IMG/VR virus record: IMGVR_UViG_3300025543_000021
Location: 1 to 58,813 of that record
Source: a virus
Taxonomy: Duplodnaviria > Caudoviricetes
Direction: 5' to 3' (one strand)
Length of the DNA: 58,813 nt
Shown here: positions 30,157-38,860 of the stretch, one piece after another
How the letters are laid out: every line of letters starts with the position of its first letter
How positions within the stretch are numbered: the first letter of the stretch is position 1
Position numbers and translations under genes: made by a program
Notes under the pieces: generated by a model
What the model saw: the letters and a program-made list of their open reading frames with translations, nothing else
What the model was told of the DNA's origin: nothing
Databases searched by the model: none

Positions 30157-30224
30157 ATTAAAAGTAGCGCGGTGACAGCGTTACGACAAACTTAGAAAGT
30201 AGAAATAACTAAAGGAGACTACCC

Positions 30225-31274
30225 ATGGTAGCAGCAGTAGAAAGTATGGCTTGGACAGGCCAAGTTCCGTGGCACGGCGAAGGTGTCGAAGTTAACGGAA
30301 ACCTAACCCCGTATGAAATGATGGTAGCCGCTGGCCTCGATTGGACAGTAAGTAAACGTCCAACGTGGACATCGTCGAAACCTATTGACGATTACGAAAA
30401 AGACGCTGACGGTAATATCGAACTTGAACTTTTAGAAGACCCTAATCGTTTTACTATAGTACGCGATACCGACAACGCGATTCTTTCGTCATGTGGCGCA
30501 GGTTACAAACCCATCCAAAACGAACGTATATTCGATTTCTTTACGAAATTTGCTAAAGAAGCGAACGTGAGTATGGAAACGGCGGGTAGCTTACGCGGTG
30601 GTAAAGATGTGTGGGCGTTAGCGAAGTTAAACGAGTCGTTTGAACTTCCAGGAGGTGACGAAATTAACGGTTACTTCTTGTTTAGACAGCCTCACGAAGC
30701 TGGCCACGCTATGATAATACGCGATACCGAAATACGAGTTGTATGTAATAACACATTGCAGTTTGCATTAGGTAAAGCGTCTCGCGGTGAGTTCCGTATG
30801 ACACATACTACAGAGTTTACCGACGATATCGCTAAAAAAGCAGCCGAAGCGTTAGGCTTAATTAAAGAGTCTAACTTTGAATTCCAACAAGCCGCACAGT
30901 TACTAGCTTCTAAGAAAGCTAAACACGGTAGCGTGTTAGAATTTATTACCCGCCTTAACCAACCAGACCTGTACGAAGAACAGCTTGAACATATCCGGTT
31001 GTTAGAAGAAGGTAAAAAGGTTGGCGATATGTTCCCGTTACGAGATCAGTTTACAAAGTATTCTGAGTTAACGCTACGCGCCTTAGAAGAGTCTCCAGGA
31101 GCGACCCTAAAGTCCTCTAAGGGAACGTGGTGGGGTGCACTTAACGCAGTTACCTTCGTAGAAGACCACCAGCGTACCGGCTCTAATAGAGCGTATAACG
31201 CGATGTTCGGAGAAAGCTCTAAACGTAAAGCTAAAGCATTAAACCTAGCAATTGAATATGCAGAGGCGGCGTAA
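30225..31274 (+). CDS. DUF932 / TIGR03299-like phage-plasmid protein
   Basis: VPWHG, AGLDWTV, ETAGSLRGGK, RVVCNNTL, GTWWGALNAVT motifs. Confidence 0.85.
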   Translation: MVAAVESMAWTGQVPWHGEGVEVNGNLTPYEMMVAAGLDWTVSKRPTWTSSKPIDDYEKDADGNIELELLEDPNRFTIVRDTDNAILSSCGAGYKPIQNERIFDFFTKFAKEANVSMETAGSLRGGKDVWALAKLNESFELPGGDEINGYFLFRQPHEAGHAMIIRDTEIRVVCNNTLQFALGKASRGEFRMTHTTEFTDDIAKKAAEALGLIKESNFEFQQAAQLLASKKAKHGSVLEFITRLNQPDLYEEQLEHIRLLEEGKKVGDMFPLRDQFTKYSELTLRALEESPGATLKSSKGTWWGALNAVTFVEDHQRTGSNRAYNAMFGESSKRKAKALNLAIEYAEAA

Positions 31275-31546
31275 TGGGAGTAGTTGTAAAGTTAGGAAAT
31301 TCAGTAGTTGTTGATCAAGAATTTATTAGCGAAGTATGGTGTTTATTACACGAGCTTTCTGATAAATCGTTTTTAGATCGACCGCTAACTGATTTCCAAG
31401 AGTCGCAAGAAAACGCGAGATTAATTTCTCGCCTTCTTGCAGCAAAGATGGCGCAGCAAAACTGCGCTTTATCTGAAAGTATCCAATCTTCAGGGTATTT
31501 ACCTGAATTTATTACTGCAACACAAGGAGATAGTAATGTCGAATGA
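31274..31546 (+). CDS. Hypothetical protein
   Basis: 90 aa, TAATG coupling. Confidence 0.6.
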   Translation: MGVVVKLGNSVVVDQEFISEVWCLLHELSDKSFLDRPLTDFQESQENARLISRLLAAKMAQQNCALSESIQSSGYLPEFITATQGDSNVE

Positions 31547-31820
31547 CCCGTGGGCTGATTTTAAGCCCGATATAGACGTACCAGTACCAACTGATACTAG
31601 AAATAGTACCAGTTACCCGTGGCATAAGTTCGAAGTAAACAATTCGTTCTTTTTCGCACCAGATAAAGGTGATATAGAAGATACGTCGAAAAGGTTAAAG
31701 AATCGTCTTGACCAATCGACTCGGACGTTTGCTAAAAAACAAGATCCGGCTTGGAAATTTACTTGCCGTGTTAAATTAGAGAACGATATCAGCGGCGTGC
31801 GAGTCTGGAGAGTAGAATGA
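31536..31820 (+). CDS. Small putative DNA-binding protein
   Basis: YPWHKFEVNNSFF and GVRVWRVE motifs. AAGGAG RBS before the ATG at 31536. Confidence 0.7.
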   Translation: MSNDPWADFKPDIDVPVPTDTRNSTSYPWHKFEVNNSFFFAPDKGDIEDTSKRLKNRLDQSTRTFAKKQDPAWKFTCRVKLENDISGVRVWRVE

Positions 31821-32005
31821 AAGTAACTATCGAAGAAATTCTTGCATTAGAATCAGAAATAGCGATTATCTCGATGAATTTATCAAGATTAGCCGCTAAA
31901 TCTGAATTTTTAAGCGAAAAACTTGTCAAACTGTTAGAAAATAACGGCGTAGACATTTTCGATACAGGTGAGCCGACTTCGGCTTATGTCAACCAAGACC
32001 GTTAA
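31817..32005 (+). CDS. Hypothetical protein
   Basis: 62 aa, ATGA overlap. Confidence 0.55.
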   Translation: MKVTIEEILALESEIAIISMNLSRLAAKSEFLSEKLVKLLENNGVDIFDTGEPTSAYVNQDR

Positions 32006-32012
32006 GTCTATA

Positions 32013-32047
32013 TACTGCTTTACTTTCGCGTTAGTCTTTAGTAAAGT
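32013..32047 (+). promoter_or_regulatory. Early promoter cassette
   Basis: TACTGC-TTTACT-17 nt-TAAAGT, hairpin GTTGGT-TATA-ACCAAC, TAGAAAGGAG RBS. Confidence 0.7.
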
Positions 32048-32103
32048 AGTATTTGTTGGTTATAACCAACTAGAAAGTAGAAAACCATAGAAAGGAGAAC
32101 GAA

Positions 32104-32499
32104 ATGGCAGCAGCCAAAAAGACATCAGCGACAGCTGTTACGAAAACGACCGCCTCAGCAGTAAAAGTTAAGGCGTCTGTAGCAAAAATTACTGTAAAAG
32201 CACCACAACCAGCAGTTCGTGGTCGCATTGCGCAGAAATTTAAGTACACCGGCAAGGAATTGTCCGGTACGAAGGTTAAAACCCCACAGTTCGTGGCGTT
32301 AGTTATTTCGATACAAGATATCGAAGATAAATCATTTAACCGAGATAGCTTCGTTATGCAACAAGTTGTTGATTTAGGCGTTGAGGAAGGGCATATCAGT
32401 ATGCCTAATACCAAAAACCCTGAAAAACAGAAAAAGCGTATCGTAGCTTGCTACAAGAAAACCCTCGTAGATGAAGGGTTTATCGTTGAAGTTAAATAA
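32104..32499 (+). CDS. Basic protein with Ala/Lys/Thr-rich N-terminus (possible DNA-binding)
   Basis: 131 aa with its own promoter and strong RBS. Confidence 0.7.
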   Translation: MAAAKKTSATAVTKTTASAVKVKASVAKITVKAPQPAVRGRIAQKFKYTGKELSGTKVKTPQFVALVISIQDIEDKSFNRDSFVMQQVVDLGVEEGHISMPNTKNPEKQKKRIVACYKKTLVDEGFIVEVK

Positions 32500-32505
32500 T
32501 ATAGC

Positions 32506-32521
32506 GGGGGCGAAAGCCCCC
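32506..32521 (+). other. GNRA-tetraloop hairpin (weak terminator or stabiliser)
   Basis: GGGGGC-GAAA-GCCCCC with a poor U-tract. Confidence 0.55.
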
Positions 32522-32543
32522 ATAACTTTCAGGAGAAAGTAGA

Positions 32544-33233
32544 ATGAAAAATATAGCCCCAATGCCTAGAAAAGCGGCGACACGGACGTATGTGCTTTGT
32601 AAAGCGTTAGATAATCTCGGAGGTAGCGCGAGTTTTACAGCGTTACATAAAGAAACATTAAGAATCTGGAGTGATTATTTACAGTATGTTAAACCACGTA
32701 AAACAGAATTGTTTAAAAAGATGATTCAAACTTCTTGTATTTCTCCAGGATATTTTGCGTCAGGGAAAAGAGGTTCGCCAGTAAAAAACTATACTTTCGC
32801 ACCATACGAAGAGTATGCGAAAAAAGTGAGCAAAGCGTCAGTTGCAAGATCGATATATACCTATCAAAAAATAGAAGATGGCGAAATAAACGCATCTGAA
32901 AAAACTATAGCGAAACTCGAAAGGGTAATTAACGATCCTATGTCTCAATTACCTCCTCCCAGAGTTGTTCCATCTACTGCAGAACGCACAGAAAAAGTAA
33001 TCAAAAAAGCAGCAGCTACTATAGAACGGATAGAAAAACCTGACCCAGAAAAAGCAACTAATATGGACGAGCTACAAAGGAATTTAGAAAAGCTCCTAGA
33101 ACGACAAGGCGCAACCGTTAATATTCCTGTTACGAAGCTAGAAATAGGTATATGGCCAGCGATTACCGGAGCAGTAATTATTACCGGATTATTAGTTGCA
33201 GCGATTACCGCTATGGCGTTTGGTGGGGCTTAG
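32544..33233 (+). CDS. Hypothetical protein with C-terminal TM helix
   Basis: 229 aa, ends IWPAITGAVIITGLLVAAITAMAFGGA. Confidence 0.7.
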   Translation: MKNIAPMPRKAATRTYVLCKALDNLGGSASFTALHKETLRIWSDYLQYVKPRKTELFKKMIQTSCISPGYFASGKRGSPVKNYTFAPYEEYAKKVSKASVARSIYTYQKIEDGEINASEKTIAKLERVINDPMSQLPPPRVVPSTAERTEKVIKKAAATIERIEKPDPEKATNMDELQRNLEKLLERQGATVNIPVTKLEIGIWPAITGAVIITGLLVAAITAMAFGGA

Positions 33234-33265
33234 TGCTTTACTATGCTAAAAGTCGCGGGTACTAT
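33231..33265 (+). promoter_or_regulatory. Early promoter cassette
   Basis: TAGTGC-TTTACT-17 nt-TACTAT. Confidence 0.7.
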
Positions 33266-33309
33266 TTATAAATAGGCGCTACCCGCGCTTCCATAGAAAG
33301 GAGAAAGAT

Positions 33310-33732
33310 ATGATGACCTCAAATACATTAGACCATTTTCTTGAAGGAGCTTACGGTGCTTCGACGTATAGCAGATATACCGAAGACCCTAACGAAGTTA
33401 TAACAGCAGTTATCTACGAAGGTGTTGAAAAAGAGTATTCTAAAGAGTTTCGTAGTAAGTTTAATACCGAACAAGACTTTTTAGAAGACGTATTTAAAGA
33501 CTTTTATGACGAACAAACTGATCAATTAGACGCAATACAAGAATCGCTTCCAGCTGAAATACAGCTTTGTTATAACGATGATTGTAGATCCTGGAAAGCT
33601 CAGGGAGAAGTAAAAGGTTACGCAACAATAGATTGTTTAAATTGTGACCAACATAAAGTCCTTTATAAACAAATGCCAGAAATCACAACGAGTATGTGGA
33701 TACGCTTACAAGATGAAGTATGGTCTAAATAA
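33310..33732 (+). CDS. Acidic hypothetical protein with Cys motifs
   Basis: 140 aa, TAGAAAGGAG RBS. Confidence 0.7.
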   Translation: MMTSNTLDHFLEGAYGASTYSRYTEDPNEVITAVIYEGVEKEYSKEFRSKFNTEQDFLEDVFKDFYDEQTDQLDAIQESLPAEIQLCYNDDCRSWKAQGEVKGYATIDCLNCDQHKVLYKQMPEITTSMWIRLQDEVWSK

Positions 33733-33758
33733 ACAAGGAGGGCATAATACTCAGGCGG

Positions 33759-33906
33759 CTGGTAGCGTCAGGGGGGTTTCCTGCTGACGGGAGGAGTATG
33801 GGAGTTTACATACTCTATCAACCTCGTTAGTTAACTAGAGAAAGAGGTTTAATGAAGTGCGATCCTCCGATGTTTGAATATAATCGCCAATTAAACCATC
33901 TACCAG
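33759..33906 (+). ncRNA. Candidate structured RNA / regulatory leader
   Basis: Closing helix CTGGTAG/CTACCAG encloses several internal helices (see findings). Confidence 0.45.
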
Positions 33907-33934
33907 ACTTATTTTTATTAGAAAGGAGAACGAT

Positions 33935-34555
33935 ATGACAGTAGATATTAGAGAGCAGTTACTTGAAAAAGTAGAAGAAGGCTTGATCGATAAAGACGGT
34001 TTGATTTTAAGAATGGTTGCATATATGTCTACAAACGACGTAAAAGATATGTTGCAATGCAACGAAATGCTCGACACTGTAATACCCCCAGAAATTTTAC
34101 GGAACTTTTATTTTGATTCCGGACACGGCTGGTTAGAAGTTACATATGAAGAACTAATTGACCTCGGCATTGCAAAACGTATAACTAATTGGAGTTATCG
34201 AGACGGCGAAAAAGTTTATCTCGAAGAAGATATCGACGTTGGTACTTATATCGACGCTGTAAAAGAACAACGAGGTTTAGTTGTTACAGTTAAAAACTTA
34301 AATGTTGCAGACAACCCTCTTAGAAACCCTGAAGATAGGGTAGACCCACGAAAACTAGAGCGGTTTTATGCAAACGAAACTTGTGTATTGTGTGACGGCG
34401 ATATCGAAATACAAAAAACCCCCGAAGGTAAAGTATTTTGGACTAAAGGCCATAACCCTAGCCCCCTAGCAGAAGAAGGCGGCTGTTGTGCAACGTGTAA
34501 CGCAGTTAGAGTTATCCCTGAACGATTAAAACAAGCTGGTTATCACCAGCTTTAG
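33935..34555 (+). CDS. Hypothetical protein with D-x-GHGWL domain and C-terminal Zn-finger
   Basis: DSGHGWLEV, VYLEEDID, CVLC...CCATCN. Confidence 0.75.
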   Translation: MTVDIREQLLEKVEEGLIDKDGLILRMVAYMSTNDVKDMLQCNEMLDTVIPPEILRNFYFDSGHGWLEVTYEELIDLGIAKRITNWSYRDGEKVYLEEDIDVGTYIDAVKEQRGLVVTVKNLNVADNPLRNPEDRVDPRKLERFYANETCVLCDGDIEIQKTPEGKVFWTKGHNPSPLAEEGGCCATCNAVRVIPERLKQAGYHQL

Positions 34556-34563
34556 GAGGTTCA

Positions 34564-34851
34564 ATGAATATTGATCGAGCAAGAGAACTCGACGATGCTA
34601 AACGTATCGAAGAAATAGAAGGAGGGGATATATTCCCCCCCTGTAACGAATGCGGAGCAGAATCGAAACAAATAACCGATATCGACGAAGATACAAACCA
34701 ACCGTATCTCGTTCATCTCGATTGTAGACGATGTGACGCGATACAAAGCGTCGAGCATTTTTTACAACACTCACTTGGCCTTGACCACGAAATTATTATT
34801 AACGATAACGATGATAAATTCGTTGTCGAAATTTACGGGTTAAACCGATGA
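34564..34851 (+). CDS. Zn-ribbon hypothetical protein
   Basis: CNEC...CRRC, AGGAGG RBS. Confidence 0.7.
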   Translation: MNIDRARELDDAKRIEEIEGGDIFPPCNECGAESKQITDIDEDTNQPYLVHLDCRRCDAIQSVEHFLQHSLGLDHEIIINDNDDKFVVEIYGLNR

Positions 34852-35027
34852 GTACGATAAGTCGGCAGAGTTTAGAAACTCTGCTGGTTTTAGCTGAAAA
34901 TGCCGAAAGTACTAAGGCATTTGAAGAACTATCCGCCGTACTTGAAGAAATACGCACCGAAGAAGAACGCCAGAAATTAAGTAACACTAGATGGTTTCTT
35001 GGTTTACTCTTCGGTACTCGGGTTTAG
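34848..35027 (+). CDS. Small hypothetical protein (59 aa), not in the ORF track
   Basis: MSTISRQSLETLLVLAEN...WFLGLLFGTRV. ATGA overlap upstream; TAG stop lies inside the next promoter repeat. Confidence 0.6.
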   Translation: MSTISRQSLETLLVLAENAESTKAFEELSAVLEEIRTEEERQKLSNTRWFLGLLFGTRV

Positions 35028-35059
35028 TGCTTTACTATCGGCGTAATCCTTAGTAAAGT
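35025..35059 (+). promoter_or_regulatory. Early promoter cassette
   Basis: TAGTGC-TTTACT-17 nt-TAAAGT plus TACG hairpin at 35070-35087. Confidence 0.72.
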
Positions 35060-35113
35060 ACTAATAACGCCGCGCTTACGGGCGCGGATTTTAAACTAGA
35101 AAGAGAGAATGTT

Positions 35114-35641
35114 ATGAATCATCAGTTTGATGCACACGATACAGAGTATCGAGTAATACGAGAGCAGTTCGAGCATATTGGCTTTAGTAGCCATTTAGCG
35201 CGTAGGTTACACGACCTTATGAAAGATGCCCACGTAGAATTACTTACGATAGGCGGTTCAATACCTAACGAAGCGATTGACCAGTTCCCTGAAATTGTTA
35301 CGTTAGCGAAAACTTACGCAGCGTGGAATTTACGCGCTGACCCTATCCCTGACCGCGTAGCTTACCGCTCCGATGCAGCCGCTAACCACGCGCTGATCGA
35401 CGACCAAATACATATCGAACGTACTACCGCGTTACGCGATCGGTTGATAGTAGAAAAGCACCAAGCACACGATTGGGATGTTAGAGAAAAGCATTTAGGT
35501 CACCACATTCACGAGCTTACTTACGATATGACAGTATTGCTAGATAAAGTAAAAGTAACCCCCGCTAGATTATCCGTCGACGATATCGACGATGATCGAT
35601 GCGAGTCTGATTACGCCGACGAGTACCACCAAGGTGCCTAA
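35114..35641 (+). CDS. Hypothetical early protein
   Basis: 175 aa downstream of a promoter cassette. Confidence 0.7.
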   Translation: MNHQFDAHDTEYRVIREQFEHIGFSSHLARRLHDLMKDAHVELLTIGGSIPNEAIDQFPEIVTLAKTYAAWNLRADPIPDRVAYRSDAAANHALIDDQIHIERTTALRDRLIVEKHQAHDWDVREKHLGHHIHELTYDMTVLLDKVKVTPARLSVDDIDDDRCESDYADEYHQGA

Positions 35642-35873
35642 GCGTTATAAACCACTAGGTCGCGGTCGAGTTTATACTCGACCCTTCCGAGAGATATCGA
35701 CTGTCCCTCGGATCGACGACCATCGAGAAAAGTACCCGTCTCGACCTGTAACGATGGATTGCACTAGTAAACGCGAGTCGCGTCCAGCGGTTAACGTAAC
35801 GATTGCCCCAGCGTATAACAAAGGCGCGTACCAAGTTATTCCCCATTCAGATATCAAACATATAGGAAGATAA
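35634..35873 (+). CDS. Hypothetical protein (TIAPAYNKGAYQVI motif)
   Basis: Basic protein. The GTG at 35634 overlapping the upstream stop is the likelier start than the ATG at 35592. Confidence 0.6.
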   Translation: MPKRYKPLGRGRVYTRPFREISTVPRIDDHREKYPSRPVTMDCTSKRESRPAVNVTIAPAYNKGAYQVIPHSDIKHIGR

Positions 35874-35874
35874 T

Positions 35875-36102
35875 ATGAGAAATGAAACAGGCTGGACACC
35901 TAGCGATGTAGCGCGTAGCAAAATCTTAACAGATTTGAATACCGATATATGCGTCGCAGCTAACGCATTTGAATTTAGTGATGCGTTTGAAAAACAAACA
36001 CTTAAATGCCAAATAACAATTTATAAACAATTACGATCTCGCTGGAACCACGACGACTCAGGAACAGTGGACCGACTCGAAGAAGAACTATTCCCCGCTT
36101 AG
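35875..36102 (+). CDS. Hypothetical protein
   Basis: 75 aa, AGGA RBS, TAG stop inside the promoter repeat. Confidence 0.6.
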   Translation: MRNETGWTPSDVARSKILTDLNTDICVAANAFEFSDAFEKQTLKCQITIYKQLRSRWNHDDSGTVDRLEEELFPA

Positions 36103-36134
36103 TGCTTTACCGTCGCGTAATCGCGTTTTATAAT
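36100..36134 (+). promoter_or_regulatory. Early promoter cassette
   Basis: TAGTGC-TTTACC-17 nt-TATAAT plus TACG hairpin at 36143-36163. Confidence 0.8.
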
Positions 36135-36200
36135 AGCCTTTACCGCGCCGCCTACGGGCGCGGGATTTTTAACCATTAGAAAGATAGAAAGGAACGAAAA

Positions 36201-36554
36201 ATGCAAAATATCCAAATAGAAAACCTATTAGATTATTTTACCGAAAACGATAACTGGGAAGAATTAAGTTACCCAGGATCTGAAGAGATTCAGCATTTTA
36301 AGAAAGGTGCTTATAAAGTTAATTCGAACGAACTACCCGATTATGAAGAACTATACGAGTTACTCGAAAAAGATTTACGGGTAACAGATTTAGAAAAACA
36401 TAAGTTCGAAACAGTAGTTAACGAAATATGGATTTTTAAGATTGACGTAGGGAACGGAGAACCTATTAGAGTTTACCAGATTGACGTATGGACTTACCAC
36501 GATGTGACCCCTTACGAAATACGCCGATGGGATATCGGATTGATAGGCTGCTAG
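36201..36554 (+). CDS. Acidic hypothetical early protein
   Basis: 117 aa with its own promoter and RBS. Confidence 0.7.
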   Translation: MQNIQIENLLDYFTENDNWEELSYPGSEEIQHFKKGAYKVNSNELPDYEELYELLEKDLRVTDLEKHKFETVVNEIWIFKIDVGNGEPIRVYQIDVWTYHDVTPYEIRRWDIGLIGC

Positions 36555-36597
36555 ATTTACCGCCCCTACGGGGGCGTTTACTTAGAAAGGAGAATTT

Positions 36598-37068
36598 ATG
36601 ACTAACGTATTAGCTATACGAACAGACGGCTACTCGAAAAACCTAGATAAAACTAGGATCGATAACGCCAAAATGATGTCGACTGGCCCGTGGAACGTAA
36701 ACCCCAAACGACTGATCGACAACCAATGCTGGATTGTACTTTACCGAAACAACTACCCTGACGTGATTGCCACGATTAGAAAACCATGGTGGGTCGAGCC
36801 GATTAATAATAGATACCTGATACAGCTGCACTTTAATTACGCTACGACGGTACGCGACGATTTGCGATACGACTGTGAACCGTGGAACGGGAAACGCAAT
36901 CCGATGTATTACACAACATTCGAAAAGATCTTCCCTAACGATATGCACGAAGATTATTTAGAAATGAATCCAGCACCTGAATGGTCGGATACCGAATTGT
37001 TCGGAGAAGTACGACCGACGACACCCGTATGGCACGCAGCTACACAAACATACCAAGTACATATTTAG
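36598..37068 (+). CDS. Hypothetical early protein
   Basis: 156 aa, preceded by a CGCCCC-TACG-GGGGCG hairpin and TAGAAAGGAG. Confidence 0.7.
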   Translation: MTNVLAIRTDGYSKNLDKTRIDNAKMMSTGPWNVNPKRLIDNQCWIVLYRNNYPDVIATIRKPWWVEPINNRYLIQLHFNYATTVRDDLRYDCEPWNGKRNPMYYTTFEKIFPNDMHEDYLEMNPAPEWSDTELFGEVRPTTPVWHAATQTYQVHI

Positions 37069-37080
37069 AAAGGAGGTCAG

Positions 37081-37383
37081 ATGATCGATTACAACAATTT
37101 ATTCCGCATTGCTCGAGAACAGTTTTGGCAATTTAGACCGTCGGAAGATACATTCGAACTCTGGGCGCAAAAACATACAGTGATCGACCATGTCGGACAA
37201 GCGTTATTAGTACGACTAGATATCGACGTAGAAACAGAAGACGAAAGCGTTGTAGAGTTTCACGATGAGATCTGGATTATAGATAACGGAGGCGATACGC
37301 TATTACTTAACAATAACAACGATGTCAGAGATTTTGAAGAATTATTAGAAATAGCACTGAACGAAAGACAAGGGGGATACTAG
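37081..37383 (+). CDS. Acidic hypothetical early protein
   Basis: 100 aa, AAGGAGGT RBS. Confidence 0.7.
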   Translation: MIDYNNLFRIAREQFWQFRPSEDTFELWAQKHTVIDHVGQALLVRLDIDVETEDESVVEFHDEIWIIDNGGDTLLLNNNNDVRDFEELLEIALNERQGGY

Positions 37384-37694
37384 TGGATATTAACCTAGAA
37401 ACTTATTTAAAACCCGCGAAACAAGTTATCGCGATTAACCCAAAATATCAGCAGTTAGTTACAAAATACTGCGAAGCACATCGCAGAGTAGACTTTCACG
37501 TTGACTGCGCAGCTCGACTCGAAGATGACGAGACTACGATGGGTTCCGAATATTCCAAACACCTTAAAGCAGAAGAAAAGTGGCATAGCCGCGCTTGCGA
37601 AATAGAATTAGAACTGCCGCAACGAGAATTAGCGCACCTTTGGAAAGTATTCCACAACCTGATAGACGCAGAAAACTCGCGACTCTCGGCTTAG
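37383..37694 (+). CDS. Hypothetical early protein
   Basis: 103 aa, TAGTG coupling. Confidence 0.65.
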   Translation: MDINLETYLKPAKQVIAINPKYQQLVTKYCEAHRRVDFHVDCAARLEDDETTMGSEYSKHLKAEEKWHSRACEIELELPQRELAHLWKVFHNLIDAENSRLSA

Positions 37695-37726
37695 TGCTTT
37701 ACCGTCCTTTTATCGGGGGTTATAAT
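37692..37726 (+). promoter_or_regulatory. Early promoter cassette
   Basis: TAGTGC-TTTACC-17 nt-TATAAT plus hairpin at 37735-37755. Confidence 0.8.
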
Positions 37727-37788
37727 TAGCTTAACCGCGCCCTTACGGGCGTAGGATTTTTAACTAGAAAGATAGAAAGGAAAGAAAA

Positions 37789-38142
37789 ATGCAAGACTTA
37801 CGATTAGAAGAATATACCGTAAACCATATTATGACCGAAGGCTTTACCACCGAAAAAAGGTTTAGCCCCGAGTTAGTCGCAATACTTACGAAAGCTACGC
37901 GAAACGAAGGCATGGACGCTTGTGTAGAATTGCGTAATTTAGAAGACGACGGACAAGAACATTATTATATGCCAGAAAACAGCGAATACATCCCAGTGAC
38001 CCAATGGTGTTCCGAAGAAGAAGAGACCGAACCACAAGTTTGGTCGATATTTATGTTTAACGACCCCGTTACGAAAAGTACGCGAATGATTGGTTGGATA
38101 TGTGATAGCCATTGCGAAGCATACTTACGAAAGATTGTTTAA
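37789..38142 (+). CDS. Acidic hypothetical early protein
   Basis: 117 aa with its own promoter and RBS. Confidence 0.7.
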   Translation: MQDLRLEEYTVNHIMTEGFTTEKRFSPELVAILTKATRNEGMDACVELRNLEDDGQEHYYMPENSEYIPVTQWCSEEEETEPQVWSIFMFNDPVTKSTRMIGWICDSHCEAYLRKIV

Positions 38143-38187
38143 CTTACCCGCCCTTACGAGGGCATTTACCCTAGAAAGGAGAAAGGT

Positions 38188-38511
38188 ATGACACTATTAA
38201 CGAAAGAGATTATCGAAACGGATTGGTCAAATATGTACCGATTACTATACGAACATTATTACCCAACGCGACTGGATAAGTCGCAAACATTTGCACGCTG
38301 GGCAGATGAAAACGTAAAGATCGAATACTTTAGCCCAGCGATGTTAATTAGGACGAGTACTTGCGCATCAGAGCCACTGGAAGTGAAGTATTACGCCTTA
38401 ATGAACGACGGTGATAATTGCGAGATTGACGAGCGCGATTATTTAAACCCCCACGGTCATTTGAACCGTGACGATTGGGAACGACGCGAAAAAGACTTAG
38501 ACCACTTTTAA
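38188..38511 (+). CDS. Hypothetical early protein
   Basis: 107 aa, preceded by a GCCCT-TACG-AGGGC hairpin and TAGAAAGGAG. Confidence 0.7.
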   Translation: MTLLTKEIIETDWSNMYRLLYEHYYPTRLDKSQTFARWADENVKIEYFSPAMLIRTSTCASEPLEVKYYALMNDGDNCEIDERDYLNPHGHLNRDDWERREKDLDHF

Positions 38512-38520
38512 GGAACAGAT

Positions 38521-38799
38521 ATGGAACCAAGAAATACAATCGCCGAGATGGACTTGAGCAACCTGACCGACGAGCAAGTTGAAGTGATGACCAAACTGGC
38601 ACGGTTTGCTGAAGATGGCTTTGATCAATCAGCAGAAAGAACGCCTAACCACAAAATTCGGGTTTTCCGAGAAAAGCAAGCAGGACAGTGCATGGTTCTT
38701 CGCCATCGACTACGTCAAGAAAAAGAAAACCGCAGTGAATTGTGGAACCCAGTGCGCGATGCAGACCGAATAAACATCGACGGGCTGATTCGTTTTTAA
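38521..38799 (+). CDS. Hypothetical early protein
   Basis: 92 aa, TAAGGA RBS. Confidence 0.65.
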   Translation: MEPRNTIAEMDLSNLTDEQVEVMTKLARFAEDGFDQSAERTPNHKIRVFREKQAGQCMVLRHRLRQEKENRSELWNPVRDADRINIDGLIRF

Positions 38800-38817
38800 C
38801 AAAACCGCGATTTGATT

Positions 38818-38842
38818 AAGCCCGCCTCGAGCGGGCTTTTTT
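38818..38842 (+). terminator. Rho-independent terminator ending the early region
   Basis: AAGCCCGC-CTCGA-GCGGGC followed by T6. Confidence 0.85.
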
Positions 38843-38860
38843 ATACCTATTAAAAAGATT

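Noticed and set aside
33784-33846. Hammerhead ribozyme
   Set aside because: CTGACGG does not match the CUGANGA core and the GAAA is not placed next to a suitable stem II.
30122-37694. TAG stop-codon reassignment
   Set aside because: Many early genes end in TAG, but these TAGs are part of promoter repeats followed by non-coding leaders, and conserved genes are intact under the standard code.
35025-38163. CRISPR array or attC-like integron cassettes
   Set aside because: Repeats are degenerate promoters and hairpins separated by whole genes of variable length; no cas genes or integrase.
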